Shown in pieces: positions 10,398 to 21,062 of a stretch of 64,000 nucleotides of DNA. The position numbers were made by a program, and so were the translations under genes. The notes beneath the pieces are model-generated. The model was given only the letters and a program-made list of their open reading frames with translations, did no database searches and was not told the DNA's origin. Source of the stretch: Promethearchaeota archaeon (GTDB taxonomy: Archaea; Asgardarchaeota; Lokiarchaeia; Sigyniarchaeales; SOKP01); NCBI GenBank assembly GCA_011364975.1, contig RDOE01000004.1, positions 3,316 through 67,315 on the forward strand. Direction: 5' to 3'. Positions within the stretch are counted from its first letter, which is position 1. Each line of letters begins with the position of its first letter.

Positions 10398-13010
10398 TTA
10401 CCTCTTTCTCGTTAATTTCATTACAAAACTTGTAAACAGCATTCCTAATATCATTGGTATAATTCCAATTCCTAGTATAGCAAAAAAGAAGTATGAACTA
10501 AGAGTATTAAAGTATGCATTCATGAATAATTGGCCCGCGGAATCGATAAGATAATGGGTTATGATACTAGGAACTAAACTTTTAGTCTGAATGAACATAT
10601 ATCCGAATAGTAAGCCTAGAAATGTAGCAAAAACAACTTGGATTATTGTAGCAATTAGATTTTGGCCTCCAATCAAATTAACAAAGTGAAATAACCCAAA
10701 TATTACTGAAACTACAATTAAAGATGTGAACTCCGTATATTTTTTTAAATTCATTGTGGTCATAACACCTCGAAATGAGATCTCTTCCCATATCCCGGGG
10801 ATTAACATTATCACGAAATAAAACCATCCTAATCTGAAAATTGTAAGATTTGGAATACCAAATATAACTTCTAAGTCAAAATAGTAAGTCCCAAAAATGT
10901 TTGCCATAATAAATGAACTTAAAAAGAAAATTATCGAACATCCAAGTCCAATTATGATATTTCGTATAAGATTATCTCTTAAATTTAACCCGATTGATTT
11001 TGTAAATCCTCTAAGCTTTTGGTTTCCTATTGGTAGATGAATAACACGAGGAACAATAATTAACCAAAGTAAAACCATAAATCCAAAGGAAATAAAGAAA
11101 TCAATAAATAATAAGACGATATCTGGAATTACATCTACAATAAAAATTAATGGAAGCTCAATAAATCCGGGTAAGAATAGGAATATACCGTATAAAATTA
11201 AAAGTACCACTGTACCCCCCATAGGATATTTTCGGAAGCTTTCACGTATACTTATCATCTCCTTTCTACCAAACTCCTTTGGAAACATACTATTTAGAGA
11301 TAAAATAAGAAGAATTATAGCTATTAAGCTAGTACCAGCAAGAACAATTGTCATTATTATTAGGTCGCCAAATAACAAGAATAAACTTCCGATAAGAATA
11401 TATCCCGCTAGAATTAAGAATTGTGTTATAATCAGAGCTGTCCATTTCATTACTTTTTTCTCAGGGTTAACCTCCTCTAAAACAAATTTATACTTCATTC
11501 TACCAAACATACGAATCTTCATAGAAAAAGCATTAAGTAAAAATAAGAGTGCAATTGGATACCATGAAATAAATAAAGGAATAAATGGTCTCAATGAGGG
11601 AGTTATGAATAATATTACAATAACGGGTAAGAAAAAGGAAACCGTCTGAATAATAACAAGTAATATAAGTTTAGCTTTTGCTTGGTCACGAGGATTTAGA
11701 GGTAAAGCCGCCGTTATTGTTGCACCAGTATCTTCTACGTTTAAAAAACCTGATACAATCATGAGGGAAATTATTGGTTGATAAAACATTAAAAAACTCC
11801 AAAAAGCTATGAGATAACTAAAAATATCTCCAAATTCTCCACTTGGTATAAAACCAAATACGAAAACGATAAGAAGTGGCATTATCATCGGCATGAGGAG
11901 AAACATAAACATCTGAATGTCCCGAGTAGCTATTGAGAGATCTTTTTTAATATACGATTTAATGGGAGTTACTTTTTTAATTGAAATTATTTCATCTCCT
12001 GATTGTTTTAATTTATTTTCTCTTGCTTTTTTGACAATAAGTAAAGTTGAAGAAGTGATGGATCTCATTGATTTTACAGCTTTATTATACAAAATCATTG
12101 TTAATAATATTAACAGAAGCATCCCAATTATTGTTGGTATCCACTGAATAGGTGGAAAACTTAAAGGATCCATCAGCATAGTTATAAGAATACTAGGCGC
12201 AAATGGAAAAGGAATCATACTTATGAAAAATATAACAATATAGGAAACATTCATTGCCGAAACTATTATAAAAAATGAACCTATAGCACTTACTGCCCAT
12301 TGAATAAATAATGATGCCGACATTACTACTATTATATAAGCCAGCATTGTAAAAACACGAATCATGGTTGATTTTTTAGATCCTGCGCTTTCTACCTTTA
12401 ATATTCGCCCTATTTTCTCTGCGACTAATATTAAAACACTGAAGGCCAATATTACTTGAAGTATTGAAATTAATGAGCTAATTATAATTAGAAGGAAATT
12501 TTGACTAAGAATTCCAATTACTAATGGAAAAGATAGGATCATCATAATAAATGCGAGATCTAAATTTCGAAGAACTGTTATAAAGCCTAATTTTTGCAAT
12601 CTATTTTTAGAGAGAGGTAATGTTTCAAACCACTGAAAAACTTCTCCTGACATCATAGAACCAATTGCGAACATACCCATAAACGTCAAATATACTAATT
12701 GCATCCCAAAAAAGATTCCAAACATGATACTTCCGCCAAATAAAATAGATTCTATTGAAATTGTGCCACTATTTATAAATTCAGTAAGTGGAAAATAAAA
12801 CACAACAATTAATATAGCGGCCATCCCAAATATGAATCCATAGGCAAATCTCATGGCAAAAACTTGATATTTTATTGAATTCTTGTTTTTCTTAAACTTT
12901 TCCATCAATCTTGCTTGATTCGCTCCAGACGATTGCACTTGGGAATCTAATACAATCTCTAAATTCGTATATTTTGCTAGTTTATAAAGTCCAAGCTTAT
13001 TTCTACTCAT
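10398..13010 (-). CDS. Polytopic ABC-2-type permease fused to a C-terminal CPBP (CAAX/Abi) intramembrane glutamic protease domain, copy 1.
   Basis: 870 aa and almost entirely hydrophobic. The C-terminus carries the three CPBP motifs: PGIWEEISFRG (EExxxR), FGLFHFVN (FxxxH) and THYLID (HxxxD/N). Sits 14 nt downstream of an ABC ATPase gene. Confidence 0.75.
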   Translation of the reverse strand: MSRNKLGLYKLAKYTNLEIVLDSQVQSSGANQARLMEKFKKNKNSIKYQVFAMRFAYGFIFGMAAILIVVFYFPLTEFINSGTISIESILFGGSIMFGIFFGMQLVYLTFMGMFAIGSMMSGEVFQWFETLPLSKNRLQKLGFITVLRNLDLAFIMMILSFPLVIGILSQNFLLIIISSLISILQVILAFSVLILVAEKIGRILKVESAGSKKSTMIRVFTMLAYIIVVMSASLFIQWAVSAIGSFFIIVSAMNVSYIVIFFISMIPFPFAPSILITMLMDPLSFPPIQWIPTIIGMLLLILLTMILYNKAVKSMRSITSSTLLIVKKARENKLKQSGDEIISIKKVTPIKSYIKKDLSIATRDIQMFMFLLMPMIMPLLIVFVFGFIPSGEFGDIFSYLIAFWSFLMFYQPIISLMIVSGFLNVEDTGATITAALPLNPRDQAKAKLILLVIIQTVSFFLPVIVILFITPSLRPFIPLFISWYPIALLFLLNAFSMKIRMFGRMKYKFVLEEVNPEKKVMKWTALIITQFLILAGYILIGSLFLLFGDLIIMTIVLAGTSLIAIILLILSLNSMFPKEFGRKEMISIRESFRKYPMGGTVVLLILYGIFLFLPGFIELPLIFIVDVIPDIVLLFIDFFISFGFMVLLWLIIVPRVIHLPIGNQKLRGFTKSIGLNLRDNLIRNIIIGLGCSIIFFLSSFIMANIFGTYYFDLEVIFGIPNLTIFRLGWFYFVIMLIPGIWEEISFRGVMTTMNLKKYTEFTSLIVVSVIFGLFHFVNLIGGQNLIATIIQVVFATFLGLLFGYMFIQTKSLVPSIITHYLIDSAGQLFMNAYFNTLSSYFFFAILGIGIIPMILGMLFTSFVMKLTRKR

Positions 13011-13024
13011 ATCAATTAAGAACC

Positions 13025-13819
13025 TTATTTACCATTTTTGAAGGATTTCCGTAATTTTTGCACAATTTCAATTACACTAGTATCTTGTTCGGTTAAACGT
13101 AGAAATACATCCTCTAAATTAGCTCCTAATTTGTTTGCCTGTTGTCTTAACTCTTCAATTGTACCTATGCCAACCATTTTACCTTTATTAATAATTCCAA
13201 TACGATTACATAATTGTTGAGCTATTTCCATGATATGAGTAGAAAAAAGAACAGAACCCCCATTTTCAATATGAATATCTAAGATCTCCTTTACCACTTT
13301 CACGGATTTAGCGTCTAAACCAGCCAAAGGTTCATCTAAAATAAGTAGATCAGGATCATGCAGTATTGCAGCTATTATTTGGACTTTCTGCTTATTTCCA
13401 TGAGATAAAGTGGCGATAAGTTGCTCATAATAATCACTTGCCCCTAAACTGTCCATATATTCCTGAGCCTTAGCAGACACCTCTTCCTCGTCAAGTTGGC
13501 GAATAGAGGCTATAAAGCTAAATAGATCTTTTGGAGTAAGAGATTTAAAAATTAAAGGTTCTTCTGAAACATATCCAACTCTCCTCTTAATTTCCACTTC
13601 TTCCTTTTCAGGGTTCATACCGATAACTGTAATCTCACCGTCATTTGGTTCAAGTAAGCCCAATAATAATTTAATAGTAGTTGTTTTTCCAGCACCATTA
13701 GGACCTAAAAGTCCAAAAACTTCGCCCTTTTTAACATCAAATGAGATACCATCGACCGCTTTTACATCTCCAAAATATTTCTTTAAATTTCGAACAGAAA
13801 CCATCATATTATTATCCAT
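13025..13819 (-). CDS. ABC transporter ATP-binding protein, copy 1.
   Basis: Walker A GPNGAGKTT, signature LSHGNKQK, Walker B LLILDEP, H-loop STHIM. Confidence 0.9.
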   Translation of the reverse strand: MDNNMMVSVRNLKKYFGDVKAVDGISFDVKKGEVFGLLGPNGAGKTTTIKLLLGLLEPNDGEITVIGMNPEKEEVEIKRRVGYVSEEPLIFKSLTPKDLFSFIASIRQLDEEEVSAKAQEYMDSLGASDYYEQLIATLSHGNKQKVQIIAAILHDPDLLILDEPLAGLDAKSVKVVKEILDIHIENGGSVLFSTHIMEIAQQLCNRIGIINKGKMVGIGTIEELRQQANKLGANLEDVFLRLTEQDTSVIEIVQKLRKSFKNGK

Positions 13820-13831
13820 TTTTTAACCTCA

Positions 13832-16501
13832 TTATATTTGTTTTTCTAGTAATTTATTTTCAATTATCACACTTTTACTATTCCAATTTTTAGAGATAAT
13901 TCTTATAAAAAGAATGTCAATAATTGTGGGCAATATTCCTATAAAAACAATCATAAAAATCATCAATTGAATTACAGTATCGATTTGAGTTATTGAAAGT
14001 ATCAATCCTACAGTATTAATTAAATAGTGAACTATTATACTGGGAATTAAACTATTTGTTTTAATAAAAAGATACCCTAATAATAATCCCAAAAAGAAGG
14101 TGTAAATGACTTGAAATAGTACAGTTATAATGTTTCCTCCTGATAATAAAACATTAATGGCATTAAATGCATGTGCTAATCCAAAGAAGATACTACTAAT
14201 GATAATTCCTGTTATTTTTGAATATTTCTTCAATAACATAGGAATCATAACTCCCCGAAATGCAACTTCTTCCCAAATACCTGGCTGAAGCATAAATATC
14301 CAGATAAACCACCCGTAACTAAAAAACCCGGGAATCAATGGATTTGGGTCTCCAAATAATAATTCCGGAGCAAAAATAAAATTTCCCAAAAGGTTAGCAC
14401 CAATGAAAACTATAATACCATAAATAATAAACGAGCCTACACCTACCATTATATTTCTACCAACAGGTTTAACTTTTGATATTCGAATCTCCTTAGTATA
14501 GTCCTTAAATGATTTATTTTTACCAAGGAGTTTCAAACCCTTCGGAACAATATATAACAGCAAAAGAGCAAAGAATGCTTGTACCCAAAGAAATTCTATA
14601 ATTATTATTGCTACGTAAGGTAAACTCAGCATCCATGGTATAAAGAAAATTGACTCTAATAAGAAAGCGATAAAAGGAAATGCATTGAATAAAAGAAATA
14701 CTACAGAATTACCAATGATTGGTTGTTTCCTTAAAAATCCCCCTGTTTCATAACTTGGCATCTGTTCTGCTTTAGGAAACATCTTATATAACCCAAATAT
14801 TAGTAAACTTAAGCTGAATAATCCTATTAAAAATGCACTGCTTATGGCTGCGATTATTCCAAATAACGTAAACATAATTGAATTAGCGATTAATATTATG
14901 AAATATACCCCTAACTCGGCAGCTATCATGGCTATCCACTTCATAATTTTATGTCGTGTGTTGACCTCTTCCAGAACATATCGATATTTCATTTTTCCGA
15001 ATAAGGAAACTTTCATTTCAAACATTAGTAATAAAAAGGTCCAAATAATTGGAAGACTACTAAGCATTAGACCTAAAACAATGATTGATTGAGTTTGAAT
15101 CGTTAGTATAATGCTCATAAGAATCATTGAAAGGCTATGAATCGTTAACATCAATAATATTTTTGCTTTCATTTGATCTCGGGGTACCAGTGGTAATGAA
15201 GCCAATATTGAAGAACCTGATTCTTCTATGCTTAAAAGACCCCCTACCAGAATAATAGGAATGAAGATATTAGCTCCAATGATAATTGACCATAAAATCA
15301 TAATACTTACCGGTGATGTAACTTCTCTGGATATAGGAATTTGCATTGAAAAGAGCATAACTAATGGAAATACGATAGGCATAAGAATAAAGATTAATGA
15401 TTGATAATCTTTTGTAGATGCAATAATATCTTTCTTGATATATGCCTTTACAGGAGATATTATATTAAGATCTATTTCAACCATTTTTCGTTCTAACTCT
15501 TTTGGTTTCTTAGCCTTTCTATATTCAAATTCAGTAGTTGATACCGCCTTTAAAGATCTAACGGCTATATAATACATAATAAAGGTTATAAACGCAAAAA
15601 TCGCTATCCCGATTAACGTTGAGAACCAAATAACAATAGGAACTTGTCCAGGAATCATAGTTATTCCCACTAAAAATCCAGGAGCTAAAGGAAAGGGAAT
15701 AATACTTAGTATTATTGCAATTATTTCCGTCGGTGGTGAGATACTTAATGAAATAATGAGGTCAAAGATTGCATTAAATCCTATATTTAATACTAGCCCC
15801 GTGCTAAATGCAATAAAGAAATAACTAAGTAAAGATATAATCCTAAAAATATTTCTTTTTTTAGATTTCGTTCCTCCCTCTGAAAAAAGTCTACTAAATT
15901 TTTCTCCTATAATTATTAAGATACTCACGCTAAACATTGTTATAAGGAATGAAGAGATTAAACTCATTAAAAATGTAACTATATTCTGGGTCATGATTAA
16001 TAATGCTATTGGAAAAGAAAAAATCATTAATATAATCATCACCCCTTGACTTCGAAATAAACTCATATACCCTAACTTTCCTATTTTGTCTTTTGAAAGT
16101 GGTAGTGTTTGCAACCACTTGAATGCATTACCCGTCATCAAAGAACTAGTAGTAAATAAGCCAAAAAGCACAATATACAAGATTAATATGATATAAAAAG
16201 TGGTTATAAATGAACCGAAAATTATAATTGCTCCTTCATTTGAAAGAGCATAAGCATTGATTTCCCCTAAAAGTTCAAAGTAAAAGATAAAACTTAGAAA
16301 TGGAAAAAAGATCATTAATATTGCAGAAACCAATTTTAATGCTATTACTTGGTTTCTCACATAATTCTTATTCCTCTCAAATTTTTCCAATAATTTTGCT
16401 TGATGTGCTCCTGCTGACATATATTGAGATTCCATAGTGATCTCAAGTAAAGGATATTTGGATAACGAATAAAGTGAAAGTGGTTTATCTTTTTTTCTCA
16501 A
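13832..16501 (-). CDS. Polytopic ABC-2-type permease fused to a C-terminal CPBP intramembrane protease domain, copy 2.
   Basis: 889 aa and colinear with 10398..13010. The N-terminus LSLYSLSKYPLLEITMESQYMSAGAHQAKLLEKF matches LGLYKLAKYTNLEIVLDSQVQSSGANQARLMEKF. CPBP motifs are PGIWEEVAFRG, FGLAHAFN and VHYLIN. Confidence 0.75.
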   Translation of the reverse strand: MRKKDKPLSLYSLSKYPLLEITMESQYMSAGAHQAKLLEKFERNKNYVRNQVIALKLVSAILMIFFPFLSFIFYFELLGEINAYALSNEGAIIIFGSFITTFYIILILYIVLFGLFTTSSLMTGNAFKWLQTLPLSKDKIGKLGYMSLFRSQGVMIILMIFSFPIALLIMTQNIVTFLMSLISSFLITMFSVSILIIIGEKFSRLFSEGGTKSKKRNIFRIISLLSYFFIAFSTGLVLNIGFNAIFDLIISLSISPPTEIIAIILSIIPFPLAPGFLVGITMIPGQVPIVIWFSTLIGIAIFAFITFIMYYIAVRSLKAVSTTEFEYRKAKKPKELERKMVEIDLNIISPVKAYIKKDIIASTKDYQSLIFILMPIVFPLVMLFSMQIPISREVTSPVSIMILWSIIIGANIFIPIILVGGLLSIEESGSSILASLPLVPRDQMKAKILLMLTIHSLSMILMSIILTIQTQSIIVLGLMLSSLPIIWTFLLLMFEMKVSLFGKMKYRYVLEEVNTRHKIMKWIAMIAAELGVYFIILIANSIMFTLFGIIAAISSAFLIGLFSLSLLIFGLYKMFPKAEQMPSYETGGFLRKQPIIGNSVVFLLFNAFPFIAFLLESIFFIPWMLSLPYVAIIIIEFLWVQAFFALLLLYIVPKGLKLLGKNKSFKDYTKEIRISKVKPVGRNIMVGVGSFIIYGIIVFIGANLLGNFIFAPELLFGDPNPLIPGFFSYGWFIWIFMLQPGIWEEVAFRGVMIPMLLKKYSKITGIIISSIFFGLAHAFNAINVLLSGGNIITVLFQVIYTFFLGLLLGYLFIKTNSLIPSIIVHYLINTVGLILSITQIDTVIQLMIFMIVFIGILPTIIDILFIRIISKNWNSKSVIIENKLLEKQI

Positions 16502-16502
16502 A

Positions 16503-17318
16503 TTATTCCATCTCTTTTATTTTTGATTTGTAAGATTTCCTTAATTTCTTTACAATCTCAACCACAGAATTATCTTGTTCTGTAAGCCTCAGAAATACCT
16601 CTTCTAACCGCGCTCCCATTTTATTCGTTTGTTGTTTTAATTCTTCAAATGTCCCAATTCCCACAATCTTTCCCTTATTGATAATTGCGATACGATCACA
16701 CAATTCTTCAGCCAATTCCATTATGTGGGTTGAAAATATCACAGAACCTCCTTTCTCTGTATGAATATCTAATATCTCTTTAACTACACGCACACTTTTT
16801 GCATCAAGCCCTGAAAGGGGCTCATCAAGAATTAGTAAATCGGGTTCGTGAATAATTGAGGCAATTATTTGCATTTTTTGTTTATTACCATGAGATAGGG
16901 TTGCGATTATTTGTTGATAATAATCAATTGCTTCCAAACTTTCTAAATATTCTTTTACTTTTTTAGTGGTTTCTTCTTCATCTAATTTTCTTATAGATGC
17001 AATAAAATTGAATAAATCTTTTGGTGTGAGTGATTTAAAAATTAAAGGTTCTTCTGATACGTATCCAACACGACTTTTAATTTTAACTTCATCTCGCTCA
17101 GGATTCATACCAAATATCTTAATCTCTCCACCTAAAGGTTCAAGTAATCCCAGAAGAAGTTTTAGAGTTGTAGTTTTTCCAGCACCATTAGGACCTAAAA
17201 GTCCAAATACTTCTCCTTTATAAACATTAAAACTGATGTCATTTACAGCTTTCACATCATCAAAGTATTTTTTCAAATTATGTACGTTAATAATTTCACT
17301 TTCTATCATACTCATCAT
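16503..17318 (-). CDS. ABC transporter ATP-binding protein, copy 2.
   Basis: GPNGAGKTT, LSHGNKQK, LLILDEP. By eye, most residues are identical to copy 1, for example the shared run VGYVSEEPLIFKSLTPKDLF. Confidence 0.9.
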   Translation of the reverse strand: MMSMIESEIINVHNLKKYFDDVKAVNDISFNVYKGEVFGLLGPNGAGKTTTLKLLLGLLEPLGGEIKIFGMNPERDEVKIKSRVGYVSEEPLIFKSLTPKDLFNFIASIRKLDEEETTKKVKEYLESLEAIDYYQQIIATLSHGNKQKMQIIASIIHEPDLLILDEPLSGLDAKSVRVVKEILDIHTEKGGSVIFSTHIMELAEELCDRIAIINKGKIVGIGTFEELKQQTNKMGARLEEVFLRLTEQDNSVVEIVKKLRKSYKSKIKEME

Positions 17319-17542
17319 AAATTTAAATATTGGAATGTAAATGAAGTTTTATATATATTGTTATATTTTTTCATATATACGTAAATATATAAATATTTCG
17401 AATGAACAATAAACTTAATTATAAATCACAGAATACTGTAAAAAGCCCCCTAATTATAAAATATTTAAAATATTTAAAAATATACAATTAAAAAAACACT
17501 GATTTTTATTGTATATGATGCAAATTTTTGAGTTTACAGAAA

Positions 17543-18409
17543 TTATTCCATATCTGAAAAAATTCTCCTTTTTATCATTTTTCCTGTTTTAGTGGCTGCA
17601 ATTCCTCCCTTCCCTGTTTCTTTTAATTCATAAGGTAATTTACGTCCTACCTTCATCATTGCATCAATGATTTCATCAGCTGGAATAATTGAAGTAACCC
17701 CAGAAAGCGCCATCTCAGCAGCTGTGAATGCATTAACAACACCTATAACATTTCGTTTTATACAAGGAGATATTACCAATCCTGCTACGGGATCGCATAT
17801 AAGTCCTAGTAGATTCTTCAAACTAAGCGCAATGGCATTACTAATTTGTTCATGAGACCCTCCAGCTATGTAAGTAATTGCCGCTGCTGCCATAGCAGAA
17901 GCTACCCCTACTTCAGCTTGACATCCACCTTCACTCCCAGATAACATTGCTTGATTTCCGATTATGGCACCTATTGCAGCTGCAACCATTAACCCATTTA
18001 AAATATCATCATCAGACTTGCTCAAAATATCCTTAGCTTTAAATAATACTGCAGGTAAGACACCTGAAGAACCAGCTGTTGGACAAGCTACAATTAATCC
18101 CATACCACTATTATATTCTCCAATAGCCATAGCCCAAGCCATAGCTTCTTTCATATTATTTCCAAAGAATATCCCGTTAGATAATAATTTATTTGCTTGA
18201 TGACTTGCCTCTTTTATAGGTAACTCCATATCGCTAGCTAATGCTTTTTCAAGCGACTGTTTCATCACATTTAATGACTTTTTCAGTCTTTCAATTATCT
18301 TAGATTCAGGAGTATGCGTATACTCACTTTCATCTTTAAGAATAAGTTCATGTAAAGGAATCTTTTGTACTTCAGATTCGCCTAATAGTTGCGAAATTGA
18401 TTCAAACAT
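17543..18409 (-). CDS. sdaAA: Iron-sulfur-dependent L-serine dehydratase, alpha subunit.
   Basis: 288 aa. Motifs ACPTAGSSGVLPA and SGSEGGCQAEVGVASAMAA. Overlaps the beta-subunit gene by 8 nt. Confidence 0.85.
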   Translation of the reverse strand: MFESISQLLGESEVQKIPLHELILKDESEYTHTPESKIIERLKKSLNVMKQSLEKALASDMELPIKEASHQANKLLSNGIFFGNNMKEAMAWAMAIGEYNSGMGLIVACPTAGSSGVLPAVLFKAKDILSKSDDDILNGLMVAAAIGAIIGNQAMLSGSEGGCQAEVGVASAMAAAAITYIAGGSHEQISNAIALSLKNLLGLICDPVAGLVISPCIKRNVIGVVNAFTAAEMALSGVTSIIPADEIIDAMMKVGRKLPYELKETGKGGIAATKTGKMIKRRIFSDME

Positions 18410-19067
18410 TTATAATTCTCACCCATATAATTTCAGGATAAATTTTTAATGCCTCAACAACTTCATTTGATATTTCCGAATCCGCTTCGAGCCATGTTAA
18501 TGCAATCTTTTTTTTTAAATCACGGGATACTTTCATAGAACCTATATTTAATTTATATTTTGAAAGGGTATTTGTGATATTTACCAACGCCCCTATTTTA
18601 TCTTGATTCAAGATTACAAGAGTATTCGGTTCTCCTCCAAATCCTGCTTCTAAGCCATTAACCTCAATTATTTCGATATTTCCGCCCCCAATGGATGATC
18701 CAATCACTATCATCTTATCAGATTTATCGATCATTTCAATGCTTACTGAATTTGGATGATATTCTGCTCCTAAATCTACAGCTTCAAATGTATATATAAG
18801 TCCTTCTTTTTTAGCTATAGCAAATGCATCCTTAATTCGCTCATCTTCGGGAGTAAATCCTAACAATCCGCCCAATAATGCAATATCTGTACCATGTCCT
18901 CTATATGTCTCGGCAAACGAACCATGAAGACCAATTTTTACCTCTTTGGGTTTTTTTCCAAACAATAATCTAGCAACATAAGCAATTTGGCAAGCTCCCG
19001 CGGTATGACTTGAACTCGGCCCAACCATGATGTGCCCGATGACATCAAAAATTGAAGTATATTTCAC
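18402..19067 (-). CDS. sdaAB: Iron-sulfur-dependent L-serine dehydratase, beta subunit with a C-terminal ACT-like domain.
   Basis: 221 aa. The N-terminal motif VGPSSSHTAGA is typical of SdaAB. Gene order is beta then alpha. Confidence 0.85.
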   Translation of the reverse strand: MKYTSIFDVIGHIMVGPSSSHTAGACQIAYVARLLFGKKPKEVKIGLHGSFAETYRGHGTDIALLGGLLGFTPEDERIKDAFAIAKKEGLIYTFEAVDLGAEYHPNSVSIEMIDKSDKMIVIGSSIGGGNIEIIEVNGLEAGFGGEPNTLVILNQDKIGALVNITNTLSKYKLNIGSMKVSRDLKKKIALTWLEADSEISNEVVEALKIYPEIIWVRIINV

Positions 19068-19367
19068 AATTAATTACTAAATTCCTTTAATTATAACATT
19101 TTTTACTTTTTCTTTCCCGCTGGATAGTATTTTTCTCTTATATAACTAACTTTTAAATAGGTAAATTTTGTTTATAACATTAGCATGGGGAGAGATAAAA
19201 ATAAAATAAGAACTCAAAAATTAAATTTTTGGGCTCAAGGTGTTATCGAATCACATCAGAAAAATTTAAAAAGTAAAAATAATGATCATCGTGAAGAACC
19301 ACAAGCAGGAGATAACTGGTTAATCTCAAAAACAATTAATGTATGAAAATAGAAGGTTTATATTTTA

Positions 19368-19853
19368 TTATAGTAATTCTTGGCTTAATTCTTGTGCAAA
19401 ATTTTGAGCCTTTGTCATCTTAATCCTGAAAAACCCCTTAAAGACCCGTTTATTTGCCACAATTCCACCTTTCTTTTCGATTTCAGTCTGCATCAATTCA
19501 AGAGTTTTTCCCGCTAAAAATCTACATGTGCAAAAGATAACAAACTTTTTTCCATTAATATTTTGAGCTTTTGTTAAATAGCCATCAAATATAGCTGGCT
19601 GACGTCCTCCATAAACGGGATTACCAAAAAATATCAGGTCATATGGTGCAAGATTTTCAATAATTTTATTATATGTGAAATCCGAAAGGTCTCCATTTAA
19701 AATTTTTTCTTGGTTTGATATAATATTTCGAGCTTTCATAGGATACTCTATTCGTTCAATTTGTACGTCGTGTCCTTTAAGGCCTTCAAAAATGGTTTCT
19801 ACAACTTTTTTCGTACGCCCACTCATCGAAAAATATATAATTAATATTCTCAT
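19368..19853 (-). CDS. Flavodoxin-like protein.
   Basis: 161 aa. N-terminus MRILIIYFSMSGRTKK (flavodoxin phosphate-binding loop pattern). Confidence 0.65.
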   Translation of the reverse strand: MRILIIYFSMSGRTKKVVETIFEGLKGHDVQIERIEYPMKARNIISNQEKILNGDLSDFTYNKIIENLAPYDLIFFGNPVYGGRQPAIFDGYLTKAQNINGKKFVIFCTCRFLAGKTLELMQTEIEKKGGIVANKRVFKGFFRIKMTKAQNFAQELSQELL

Positions 19854-20021
19854 TTTAATTCCATTAGGTATGCTTTTTTTTACTTGTTTAGAATTTTTCT
19901 TGCTTTTTATATTTTCTGAGTAATTTAGAGGCTATGCTTCTTATTATGGATTGCCTAATATTAGTTTATTAGACAAATGACGGTTTATCTGAAAAATAAT
20001 AAAGACTCTTTAAAAATCTCT

Positions 20022-20966
20022 TTACTTCTGTTTTAAAATTACATAAATAGAAAGAATTACAAGAAAAGTGCCAACCATATGAAAAACTGTGAAGGCTTCC
20101 CCCAATATAATTGTTGCAAAAATAGCAGTGACTATGGGTGTTGGCGAAAAAATAATCGTTGCAACAGATACATCCAAATAAGAAAGAGCAAAATACCACG
20201 AAACCAAACCAGCACCATAAACAAAACCCATTAATACATAATAGAATGCATTAATAGGTATTAATAGAAGTTGGAAATTAGAAATGGGAAAAAAGATTAA
20301 ATAAGCACTGATCAATATAATCGCACTCAAAATATTTCGCAAAAACACCATTTGAATAGGAGTTGCTTCATTTCTATTGAAAATCGGTTTTGTAATGGCA
20401 TGTCCATACATCCAAAGGCATGTCATTCCTAATAATATTAAAACACCTAGCATTGCATCAAACCCAATTAATAAAAAGTTAAATGAGCCTTGCGTAATGG
20501 CAAGAATTAAACCGAAAAATAATATAATAGAAAAAATTATCTGCATTTTTGTTATTTTCTCTTTTAAGATGATATAACCGAAGAGCAATGAAAAGAAGAC
20601 AGTTGTTTTTTGTGTTAGTGAACCATTAATAGCTCCTGCATATTGGTAACCCACAAAAAAAAGAAGTTGATTAACGCCAAAAATCACACCAATAACAAGA
20701 AGAAGCCTCAAATTTTTTTTCCAATTTTGAAGTACTGATAATTGAATCTCCTTGCTCGACGTATGGTTATCTCTTTTCGAATGTTTTCTTTTTATTTCTA
20801 TTAACATAATCGGAAAGAAAATTATCGCTTCAATTAAGCATGTCATACTAGCGAAAATGAGCGCATCGAGAGATTGAGGTCGTGAGTTTGCAACAATAGG
20901 CTGGAAACCTACAAACAGATTGCCTATTATCCCAAAAAATATCCCTTTCTTCAATTTACTATCCAC
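20022..20966 (-). CDS. EamA/DMT-superfamily transporter.
   Basis: 314 aa with about 10 hydrophobic helices in two repeats. Paralogous to 25050..26012. Confidence 0.7.
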   Translation of the reverse strand: MDSKLKKGIFFGIIGNLFVGFQPIVANSRPQSLDALIFASMTCLIEAIIFFPIMLIEIKRKHSKRDNHTSSKEIQLSVLQNWKKNLRLLLVIGVIFGVNQLLFFVGYQYAGAINGSLTQKTTVFFSLLFGYIILKEKITKMQIIFSIILFFGLILAITQGSFNFLLIGFDAMLGVLILLGMTCLWMYGHAITKPIFNRNEATPIQMVFLRNILSAIILISAYLIFFPISNFQLLLIPINAFYYVLMGFVYGAGLVSWYFALSYLDVSVATIIFSPTPIVTAIFATIILGEAFTVFHMVGTFLVILSIYVILKQK

Positions 20967-21062
20967 GATATTTTAGAAAGGCAAGCAAGAATTAAAAATC
21001 TTATTTTTAAAGGTTTGTGAATTTTAAATAATATTAATTAAGATAAAGCTTAAGATCTTATT

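Noticed and set aside
19185-19346. A 53-aa, highly basic ORF (MGRDKNKIRTQKLNFWAQGVIESHQKNLKSKNNDHREEPQAGDNWLISKTINV) in the spacer between sdaAB and the flavodoxin-like gene.
   Set aside because: It has no recognisable motif or obvious SD box, and it sits in an AT-rich spacer where such ORFs arise by chance. It cannot be supported without conservation data.
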